NCBI GenBank assembly: GCA_011109175.1
Contig: RDEW01000015.1
Span: 1,181,481 to 1,245,480, forward strand
Source of the DNA: Dicyema japonicum
Lineage: Eukaryota; Animalia; Dicyemida
Direction of reading: 5' to 3'
Length of the DNA stretch: 64,000 bases
Position numbers and translations under genes: made by a program. The notes below the pieces were generated by a model, which saw only the letters and a list, made by a program, of their open reading frames with translations, did not search any database and was not told the origin of the DNA. Positions 34,795-45,510 of the stretch are shown piece after piece (positions within the stretch are counted from its first letter, which is position 1; every line of letters begins with the position of its first letter).

Positions 34795-37600
34795 TTATTA
34801 TTATTATTAATAATAAGCACACCGCAAAACAACGTTAGTATAGTTATCTCGCTTGTGCCACCCTCTCCTGGATGCGTTTTGTTAATCGCTTCCAGTTCCC
34901 TCTGTTCCTCGATAGGTCCCTCAGATGCTCAAGATCATCTGCCGACGTCAACCCTTTCCCAATCGAAGTTAGGTCTTGATGTAGAAGTGTTGCTAGAGTA
35001 ATTCGTGGTCTTCCCCGTAAAGTGGGAGTATTCCTGTCCATTCTTAGGATGTGACCAAATAAGCCCCATCTGTTACTTTTATTCTTCTGTCCAATGGGTG
35101 GACATTGTAATGGGAATAGAGGTATTTGTTGAGATGTGCTTTGGCCAGGAAATTCTTAGAATGTATCTGAGCTGCATTCTATGAAAGGAGTTCAGACTTT
35201 TCATTTCAGACATTGTGAGTGCCCAGATAGAAGAGTTGTATAGTAAAACCGGTATAATTTGATTTATAAAGAGGCAGATATTTGTTTACCTCGTAACCAT
35301 ACGTTGTTTAGTCTTTAAGAGCGAAAGCTGCTATTGATTATCTTCGTAGTATGTCTTTTGTATCTCATAAAAGACTCCAAGTTTCTTCGTATGCCTCCAT
35401 TTTTCCTCGTGTCGTTGTTTGCATCGCCTTACTATAGTATTTTCTGTTTTCTCGGTGTTAATTTTTAAAAATGAATTTTAAAATGTTTTGGCCAATTTGT
35501 CGATAATACCTTCTAATTGGTGGTCTGTTGCCGTGAGGTCTATGTCATCTGCGAAAATAACTTCCGTTATATGTCTGGGATATTATTCCTGGCCTCTCGT
35601 AGGGTTGCCTCCAGATATGCGATGAATAAGACCGGGGATATGGCGTCTCATTGGGGGGTACCCTTGTTTGTTCCAAATACTCTGGATTTCCGAGCTGGAT
35701 AAATAGTTGAGTGGAGGAGAGTAGATAACGAATTATTCTGATGCAATCTTCCGAGTAGTGGTGTTAATATTTGTATCATCTTGACTCTGCTGATTGATTC
35801 AAATGCCTTAGATAGGTCGATTCCCATTATGTAGTTCCTCTTTATATTTTTGGCATGAAGCACACATCCATTTGTGGCACCAAACTGCATCGGAAGTTGA
35901 TTTTCCAGAGACAAACCCACTTTGGCTAGCTCCGATAAATCCACGTAGTGGGGCTTTTATTCTGTCCAGAGCATTAGCGATAGAATTTTGTACAGTGAGT
36001 TGAGTAGTATGATTGGTCTCAAGCTGTTTAGCTTTCCTTTTTCCTTCCCCGTTTTATCTAACCGATATTAATTCTGGGCTGTTCTTTAAAAGTTTTGTTC
36101 AGAATATGAGTAATGAGTTTTTGAAACTCTTTAGGAGCGTATTTTATGAGCTCTGCATTAACATTATCTGGGCCTGGAGCTTTTGAGTTGTTTTGTCTGG
36201 ACACAGCCTTTTTAACTTCCATTAAAGTTATTTCTGGTGATAACTTTCTCGTGACTCCATCAAATGGATAAAGCGTTTCCTCTTTTTCAAAATTGAAATA
36301 TTTTTTGAAGTGATCAGCTATGGTGTCTGTACGTTCCTGGTTGTTGTAAATTGTTCTTCCGAGTTCATCATGAACTGTCAGATTTTCAGATTTCTTCTTT
36401 CGCGTTAGCATTTTTACAGACGCATACATTTGCGGTTTGTGTTTGTACTTTCCTACTTCATTTGCAAGGTTTAGTAGCTCTGTTTCGTGGTTTATCTGAC
36501 ATTTTTTTTGATTTCTCGCATAATTTTCTTTTCTTGGATTTTGAACTCAGTTGCTTTCACTTTGTTGTGGGTGTTCATGCATTTGATACGTAGATCCTTT
36601 TGTAAATAGTAGTGGTGATCTATATGTGGGTCGTGTATTCCCTTGAGGTTTTGGGAATTGTTCCAATCGTGTGATTAGCCACTGATTTTATTTTGCTTAC
36701 GAGTTTATTCCATAAACTTCCAGCAGGTAGATTGAGATCGATCGGTTCTATGGCTTGTGATATTTTAACTGAATAGTTATTTCTGTGCACAAGATCGTGT
36801 CTTAAGAGTTCGACTATCTTTCTTGTGTCTGTTTTTAACTCTGTTAATTTAAAATCTTTCTTTAGAAAGTTTGATTAATAATAGTTTATGGTCACTCGAT
36901 TGTTAGCGTTCCTCCATATGTTCGGGCATCTGAGAGTAGGGCTTTCTGTGATTGTCGAAACAGAATGCAGTCAATTTGGTTATATATTTTGATTACATGT
37001 CCATTTCTGAGTCTCGGCGCTCTCCAGTCCAGGTCGTGATATGCCTTGCAGCGTGCTAGAATGCTGTGTTGCAACTGAATAATTGTTTATTAATCGCGAA
37101 GTTGGCCATATTGCTCCAACATGTTCCTCCGACCTCTACCATGGGTACCCATGAAGCTCAGTTCTGGGCCCCTTTTCCGACCTTCGCGTTCCAATCTCCG
37201 CCTATGTAAAGTAGATAGCTCGTGGATATTTCCATAAGAGTTGTGGATAGTGAACTGTAAAAGTCATCCAGTTCCGTTGGGTTTTTAGAGACTTTTGGAG
37301 ATGTAGGTTCATATACATTTATAATTGTAGAGTTAGATCCAGTTTCCAATTGAATTACGCAAATTCTGTCATTCACTTTTCATGTTCTTTTTATATATTC
37401 CTGGAGTCTGATATCCACCGCAAAGTCCATTCCGTAGTAATGACAGTCCGATGGAAGCAAGATAAGGTCGTGGTCAGCATTTTGTTCGTTAAGTCCTTCT
37501 TTGACTTTGGTCTCTTGCAGGCAGCAAATAGTAATGTTGCATCGTTTCAGATCCTGGCAGAGTGACCTCCTTTTGACCGACGACTTTAGTCCTCGAACAA
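34795..37600 (-). mobile_element. RTE-clade LINE, near full-length ORF2 (APE and RT), (TAA)n tail
   Basis: IINVYEPT, GGDWNAKVG, IYNQIDCIL, KAPGPDNV, GIDLSKAFES, GTPQ.DAISPVLF, LFGHILRM, GRPRITL; tail ttattaataataataat. Confidence 0.88.
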
Positions 37601-37717
37601 AGGATGCTAGCGTAAACAGAGAGTTTGAAAAAAGTGAAAAAAGATATTAGTGAAATTTGAGAGGTAACATAAAAGAACAAAATAAATTCACTTAAAAACC
37701 AGAAATTAATCATTAAA

Positions 37718-38828
37718 TTACGCATAAATATAAGTATTCGTACATTCTCCAAATACATCCTGTACGTCGAATTGTTCCCCATCAACCGATAAGTAAACTT
37801 CTCTGTTTGGGGGATAGATTTTAAAGGCTGTAATTTCGATGACACCAATCTTATCAAAAGAATCAAAATTGGGATTTTTACAAGTCACTAAATATTTTAG
37901 TTTTTCATATCTGCTTTCTGAGGAAACCAAATACTACAAATTATTAACTAAAATACCAAATTAGCAGTTCCACTAAACGAACTGAATCCTTTGAGTCCTC
38001 CTGCAGACACACCAAATTGAGAATGTCCAGAAACAACAACACAACAAAAAGTTCCGACAATCGACTTCCAACCTTCAGGAATATCTTCTGATTCCACAAA
38101 AAGATCTCTAAGGAAAGGTTTTACTGGTTTTTCAAAGTCGACTGGTTTGTACAAAATTTTGTATTCATCATTCGTATATGGGTCTAAGTAAAACGACATT
38201 TAAACAAGAAATAAGCATTTTCGTACATTCAAAGTAAAGCATCAGCCTCCGGTTAAAACTATTTTCAGTCTTAAAATGAGCCTCTGACAGGAATCCATAA
38301 CTGATGAGAACGAAGACTTTCATTTTCTTCTTATTTTGTTGTAATTCAATTTGGAATGTATTCAATTTCTTCGTTTCGTCATTTTTATAGGCTGAAATAC
38401 ATTTCTCTGAATATTCTTCTACAGTTCGATAACTAGAGCATATTTAATAGATCACTTTAAATTGGAGATTAAACTGGTATAGATTCCGTTTTCCGTTCCC
38501 CCTGGAATTATTATTAATGGCAGTGAGTTGAAGACATCAGTCGTTTCATACAAATTATTCATAGTCTCGAATTAAACCACATTCAACCCTAAACACAGTC
38601 CCGTCTCCAGAAATAAACATGATACATTTCGTGGTATTAATATCCAGGCTTTGGAGACGACCCTGCAACTCTTCATAGACCCCTATATTTTAAATTTTGT
38701 TTACAACTGGCAGTCACAACTTCATAGTCAAGCTTTTTCTCACAAAGAAGGGGCTTAATAATCTGATCAAACATATTTTCTGCTATTTTGTATCCAGAAT
38801 TGGGATTGATAACGATTAAAATTTGCAT
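37718..38828 (-). CDS. Sphingosine-kinase-like (DAGK catalytic family) protein, copy 2
   Basis: ILIVINPNSG, ISGDGT, IPGGTENG, SYGFLSEAHFKTE, SVDGE; same five intron positions as copy 1; frame intact after splicing. Confidence 0.85.
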
Positions 38829-38894
38829 TTAAATGAAATGTCAATTTAAATTTATTTTAAAACTTAAAGTTAAAAATATTATTTATTTAATATT

Positions 38895-39210
38895 TTTTGA
38901 TTATTAAGCTGAACAACATTCCACCCAGTCCCTTTGACCACCTTATTGAGCAAAACGGCAAGAGCTTCTTGACGTTAACCCTCCAGCAGGAACTGTCGTC
39001 GACAGTCCGTCCTGTGTTAAGTTTCCAGAAGCACATCACCCCAGTTAGCTTTTTTACGAACACTGTCCCCTGCCAATACCGTAAATATGTTGGGTCAAAA
39101 GTCCAGCATCGGAGAAGCTGAGAAAGCTTTTCAGGATTGTCGGGATCACCTAATTAATTTCAACGAGATTAACTACTGGTGTTTTTGGGTTAAATAAAAA
39201 AATTATAAAA
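38895..39210 (+). mobile_element. LINE family G 3' end
   Basis: LRKLFRIVGIT* (gggatcacctaa) followed by ggtgttttt and gggttaaataaaa. Confidence 0.6.
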
Positions 39211-39249
39211 AAAGGCGGAAATAATTGGACATTTTTTAGGATATTTTAA

Positions 39250-40560
39250 AAACAAAAAAGTACAATTGGACATTTTAAGACAAATATATTCTAAATCGAA
39301 TATAGAAAATCAATTGTAATTAACACTATGCAACCTGAATTCTCCTTTTCTTTGGGCATTGGCCCTTTGTATCACCCTCACTGTTCTCCTCGTATACCAC
39401 TTGAGAAAGCAAATCACTAGACAAGACAGATGTTTCTCTTGGTTCCTCTTCTGGGTCACCTCCGAGTTCAGAGCCTCTTGAGACAAGATGATTAGTCACT
39501 CTTGTAAACCTCATCATCATAGTTATCAACTTTCAGCTCATGTCTATGCCCGATTATCATGCTCTCTAAATTTATTTGTGGAGTTTTTTCCACTTCTGAG
39601 TTTTTCCACTTCAACATGTTTTAGCAAATCTTGGGAAGTGATCCCTACTTCTATTAGTATTATTTCGTTTATGGATTTATCGTGACGAAAATATCAGGTT
39701 TGTTATTTTTAACTTGTACATCCGTTTGTAGTGTTGTATCGACTCGTATTTCAACTTTACTGTTTGACACAATCGATTGGACTGTATGCGTCTTTACCCT
39801 CTTGGTTCTTTTTATTCCAAATTGACGACATAGTTGTAGGTGTACACATCCTACAATTTCGTTATGTCGCCGCATATACGCACCTAAGCATCCTGGTACA
39901 CCGTGTAGCCAGGTGATCCACACTTTTTTGGCCATACCACATGACTGCAATTTGCTTTCATCTCTTCAAAGAACAGATTCCGATCCTGTATCATGCAGTA
40001 CATTGCTTCCGACCTTGGACTATAGTTTCCCCCAGTAAGCCATTTTGTTGATCCATTGATATCGATTACATTTAATATTACTTTCCCGTTAATGTTACTT
40101 TCATCAATAATTAAATAGAAGTGTTTGTTTAAAAATGTTTTCTGTAGTTCAATAAGTTAAATTGTAGGGACATGGTAATTTACCACTTTTTTATATAACT
40201 ATTCCCTAATTTGTAAGTGAAATATCGGCATTTAAAAATTCTTTAACCAAAGGATATCAAGTTTTCTTCGTTATCTTAAGTAAAAGAAGTTGAGTGGTCT
40301 CTATGCTTTTAGCATTCAGTCTGATGTCTTTTCCATTAAGATGTAGATCGGTGTAGTATTGTTAGATGCTTTTACTATCTTAGAGCATTTTGGCAGAATA
40401 AATCTCCTTTGGTGCTCTTGTAAATATGTATGAGTTTTTGGAAATTGCTCTTGAAATTCATTCCTTAGTTTGCCTTGAGTTCTAATAGTTTTAATAATTG
40501 AGAAAATGCAAACCTGGCATTAAATGAAAACTGCTAGTAGACAAAAAACAATTTATACGT
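39250..40560 (-). mobile_element. R4/Dong-like RLE non-LTR retrotransposon, 3' part
   Basis: GCLGAYMRRHNEIVGCVHLQLC...VEIRVDT..KNNKPDIF, EVGITSQD, EKLHKY. Confidence 0.8.
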
Positions 40561-40609
40561 GTAATTTAAAAAGAAGTTAAAAAATACTAACAAAATTAAA
40601 AAAATAATC

Positions 40610-41340
40610 GTCTGGCTTGTTTGGTGTCAGCTTCAAGTCGAGGGAGTGGAGCATGGCTTAGTGCAATACCTTGCCCAAACCTCAGGACCTTTTTGGACGA
40701 CGATTCTTTGAGGATTGGAATCGGACAAAGGCTGGGACTAGACGTTTGCCAGGAGCACCGATGCCGATGCGGGAAAACAGTCGATGTGAAAGGATTGCAC
40801 CCGCTGTCCTGCAGAAGAAGCGCCGGAAGGGGACCACGTCATGCCGCTCTGAATGATGTGATCGTCAGAGCTCTGAAGGCTTCAGGATTCCCAGCACAGC
40901 TTGAACCAGTGGGTCTTGATCGAGGAGATGGGAAGAGACCTGACGGGATGACCCTTTTCCCCTTCACGTCTGGAAGATCTTTGGTCTGGGACGCAACTTG
41001 CATAGACACGTTCTCAAGCACGAACATTTTTAAATCTGTTCAGACACCTGGAGCAGCTGCTTCGACCGCGGAAAACCTAAAAATCAAGAAATATTCTTGC
41101 CTCGGGGATCGCTACCGATTTACTCCTGTTGCGACCGAATCATCGGGAGCCGTTGGTCCAATGACGGCTGAATTCTTGCAAGAACTCGGAGGATTGCTTG
41201 CCAGAAAGAAAAGGGATCAACGAGAAGGGTTATGGCTAAGACAAAAGATTGGAATAGCCATACTCCGAGGGAACTCGTTCGCAATCCACGCAGCAGGCTT
41301 CCTCAACTGATATTTGTTTAATTGTTAAAAAAAAATTTAA
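40610..41340 (+). mobile_element. CRE-clade element 3' fragment with an uninterrupted 229-aa zinc knuckle and RLE ORF
   Basis: CRCGKTVDVKGLHPLSC, RHAALNDVI, KRPDGMT, LVWDATCID, AENLKIKKY, PVATESSG, RGN; A/T tail. Confidence 0.9.
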
Positions 41341-41449
41341 TTAAAAAAAAATAATTAAAATAAATATGTCCTATTTTTTATTTATTTTTTTTGAATTTTA
41401 AAATATTTATTAATGAAAAGATTAATAATGAAAATTAGGCAATAATTAG

Positions 41450-43540
41450 GACGACAGAATGGCGAAGGCGTTACCTCTGATAATTGTCATTTCGACCCTC
41501 TGCCTCAACCAGAGTCCTTCCGTGGCTCGCACCTTTTAGAGGCGAGTTTGCTTCCCTGATGTGGAGAAAGGTTTCCGTCTTCGCGCCTACAGTTCCAGTT
41601 GTCTCCACAGCAATGGGGTGAAATGGTAATGGTCTCCGAGGGATTCGTACTTATGGATCTTCTTGACCTCCGCCTGGTCGGCTGCGTCTCCAGGAAAGAG
41701 CGTCGCCGTCAGCAATCTGGCTCCTGAGAAGGTGTCCACACACGTTGCATCCCAGACAAGTGCTTTTCCAGACAAGTGACTGCTTGGGCCAAGCGACTGC
41801 AGCTCGCAAGGGATGAAAAGTAGGCAGACAGGGCGGCTTCAAGGGAGTATCTCAACCCAATGCCCCATTTCTCATAGGTAGTTTGCACATTGTCCAGCCC
41901 AGATCATCGAATTTGACATTCAGTGTTGATTAGCCGATCGTCTCAGAGTCCCATCAGCCGACAATGGTGCATTCCGGTGTTCAAAACATGGTGAACATCT
42001 CAAAATGTAAATCATCTTCTACACGTAAATACATTTTTTGAGCAAGAAGAAAGACACATGTGGATCTCTTTGTAAAGGCTTCAACTTCATTATTCTTACT
42101 GGTAAGGCAGTTTTCCAGCTCGTCGTTTCCGAGAGGGCATCCAAGGAAATGTACCTTGTCCAAGGAGGATATGCTGAAACTTGGAAGTAGGGATCTGAAT
42201 TCTTGGCAGGCAGTAAAAAGCTTGGAAATGAGCAGGAAATATTGATCAGTTCCGATTTCATAACGTTGACACTTAAACCCAATTCATTTAGAGCTGGAAT
42301 GGTTGAAGAAATATCCTGATATACGTTCTGCCATGGGCCAGCTATCGTAGCGTCGTCCAAGTACCACAGGTTGAGTGCACAGTTTATGCTTCGTGCCACT
42401 GTGTCAATTGTCATTGCAAAAAGCAAAGGCCCTAGAGGGTCTCCCTGCTGAACGCCTGTGCGTGAATAAACGATATCGTTTCCGTAAATAAGGCTGAGTC
42501 CGTCCCATACGATAATGTACAAGTCGGCCAATCTCTGGAGCTCTCTTCTAACAAGTTTCCAAAATACAGTCTCTCCTCAGCGTGTTGAAGGCATTTGATA
42601 TATCAAGCTTCAGGCTAGCCTTTGGGTCTGGGAATTATTGTTGTTGAAGTAACTCCTCGCGGTGTGGACTGCTGCCTCGCAACCGCCGGTCACTCCCACC
42701 CCAAGTTGAGTTGGAAGCAGCTCTTCAGCAACATTGTGGGAGATTCTCCATTTTAGCAGTGAGCCTTCTAAAGTATGTACCGATCGCAATTGGGCGGACA
42801 CTTCAATCTCCTTTTCGGAATGCCAATAGATGTCCACAAAAAGGTCTCTAGAAAATTTTGAAATATCACCATTAACTATTCGATGAGTGAACAGCAAGGT
42901 GATAGACGTTAACAAGGCACGGCCGGCTTCAGCAGTAGCTTCAGAGGTTAAGTTTTTTATATGGCTTGGGCGCAGTCCGTCCAGGCCTCCGCAGCTACTG
43001 GGTGCAAAAGACTTTATTTTACGCACTACTTCAAATTCCGTGGGAGTAAATGCCGGGAGGTCTTCTGGCATTGTCAAGTTCCGCTGGCACGGCTTCAACA
43101 GCGTTTCGTCACAAGACACTACTCTTACAGCTGCGCGAACGTCCTCTTTTATTAGTTTTCGGTTCACCCTTTCTCGAAATGCTTTGGAATCTTCCTGTTT
43201 ACTCCCAGCTTCTGTAGACAACTGTTTGCACCGAAATACTTGCTTAGGCTCGATTCCAGAGTCTTGCTGCGTTGAAGTGGCCAAAAAGGGCAGAAGTATT
43301 CTTCTTAATTTTTGAGGCCAGTGATCCGTTGCGAGCTTGCTTTGAGGCAGAAATTCCAAAGGTCATAAATGCAAACCTCAGTAGACGTATCCAAGAGGCC
43401 TTGTCGCTGGTGCTGATGGATTTATCAATTAATGACGTGAGGCATTCAGCAGTGGAAATTCGAGCGGCCTTTGGTATTCTCAGTGGATTCCGTCTACCTT
43501 TCCGACTCTCCGATAGGCGTAACATTTTAGGACAATTTTA
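41450..43540 (-). mobile_element. CRE-clade element with RT domain, internally deleted
   Basis: RIPKAARIS, GGLDGLRPSHIKNL, QLGVGVTGGCEAAVH, KLDISNAFN, GVQQGDPLGPLLF, WYLDDATI, LVWDATCVDT. Confidence 0.9.
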
Positions 43541-43559
43541 TGATTGAAATAGGACAAAA

Positions 43560-45200
43560 AAATAGGACAATTACTGAAGTAATTCGTAGAAGAGCAGCGT
43601 TATTATGTAAGACGTCTCTAAATGCAATGAATTAGTTCCTGGAATTAAATGAGTATGCTCTCTCACTGCTAAAGTACTACATAAGTGTTGTGGAGTCTGA
43701 GCCTAAAGAGTATGATGATATTGATGTCATCATCCGTAGATTATTCAGAGAGAACCATGTCCATGGGCTGGCAGCCAATAAGGAGAGACTATATTTACCC
43801 AGTGATAAATTCGGCTGTGGACTGTGTGGAGTAGTTCAACTAAGTGGGCGTATCCTTATGCGAATGCACGACAAGTGTGTCTGCTAGGAAGCAAGCCATA
43901 ATAACGACCGAGAAAATAGCAACTCACCTAGGCACTATCAGACCTTTTTTGTCTGCTAAGGATGGTGTTGATGATGGTGGACTAGTAAATGTGAAGGCGT
44001 TGATCGAATTACAATTTAATAGTTTGATGGAAAAGATCAACTTAAAAAGTTTTTATAAGGTCCTCTTTAGAGCATTGGACAACCCACAAGTCGGCCTTAA
44101 GTTGTCGACAATATGGCTAAAATACGGTTACAACTCACTTTGATCGGAGGAGTTGTACACGTATATGCAAGACCGCAATATTTTTTTGTCGATCAACAAA
44201 TGCATGTCCCCATTGTAAGTCAAGGAGCATGTCGGTTGATCATTTAGCCACCTGGTGCGGATCCATGCTCTGCCACGACTATGTGTGGAGGCATAACGAG
44301 GTAGTATGGTATTCACCACACCACTAAGTTGCGGACTCGAAGTGCAATCTGTGGTGGAGAACACCAGGGTCCAAATCAAAGTAGACAGTGTTGTCCGAAC
44401 CTCGGTGTTAGTAAAACAAAATAAAATGGACATTGTGGTACACGATAAGGAGTCTGACCAAGTCCTTGTCATAGAAGTTTGCATTACGTCTCAAGACCGT
44501 TTGCAGACTGTGGAGGTAGAGAAAAAAGAAGTATGACTTTCTTGCTAAAAAAATAGGACAGATGCTTGGTTCAAGGTCTTCGTTATTCCAATAGTGATGA
44601 CGTGGGAAGGAATTGCAACAAAGTATCACAAGGGTTATCTAAGACAGCTAGATATAGATCGGAAGTTCCAAACAGGGCTGTTGAGTCGGTAAAATATAGC
44701 ACGACTCCGACTACTTAAAAATTATTTCTTCGACTCCGACTCCGGTTAAATTAGTCAAACTTTGATCTTACAATTAATATTTGAATTTTGTCTTATACTA
44801 ATAAACAAAATTTGCGATCAAGAAGAAATCGGAGTCGACCTTTTTATCACTGACTCCGACTCCTCAAATATTATTTCTTCGACTCCGACTCCAAACCTAT
44901 CTGCAGTCCACTATTTTAATGCGAACTATAGAGAGCCATAAACTGGAGGATAGAAGGCAAAGCCCGGAGATGCCATATGGGCAGAGGGTTCAATTGGAAA
45001 AGGCGCTCTCGGAGTGATCAGCAACCAGAATCGAATATGCCTGAGGAGGCTGGCATACCTGGGTTCAAACCTTGGTGCAATCCATTCCAATTGAAGCTTC
45101 CACGCATATAAGACGCTTCTTGGATTAACGTGTGAAGCTGGCATCAGTAATTCATCACTGCGGAATCGGATTGGCATAGAAGACTCACATGCAACCAAAA
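43560..45200 (+). mobile_element. R4/Dong-like RLE retrotransposon, 3' part, with a nested MITE
   Basis: KERLYLPSDKFGCGL, QIKVDSVVRT..QNKMDIVVHD, IEVCITSQDRLQTVEVEK, IVMTWEGI, YLQSTILMRTIES. Confidence 0.8.
44673..44892. mobile_element. hAT-type MITE with CGACTCC repeats, right end truncated
   Basis: Starts CAGGGCTGTTGAGTCGG; contains repeated cgactccgactcc and ggagtcga; interrupts the RKFQ|TYLQS frame of the host retroelement. Confidence 0.65.
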
Positions 45201-45510
45201 AAAGTTAAAAACGCCCTCGATGTCTCACTTCTTTTTATGAACATGAACGAGTGACGGACTCAGGAGACGTTGGAAACCTGATGTTCTGAACGAAAGTAAC
45301 GTGTAGTGAAAATACGACGAAGGATCTAATTTCCTCGAACACCAAGTGAGCAAATGGTGATATAGCGACAGCGTGGCTACTCCCTCTCTTGATTGATTAT
45401 TTTGATGTAATAAATGAGCTAGTAGTAACACCTCAACAAGAATAAAGACTATTAACTCGCTAATATTCCTATTTAAGTTAATAAAAAAGTATATTTTTAT
45501 AAGCGAAAAC

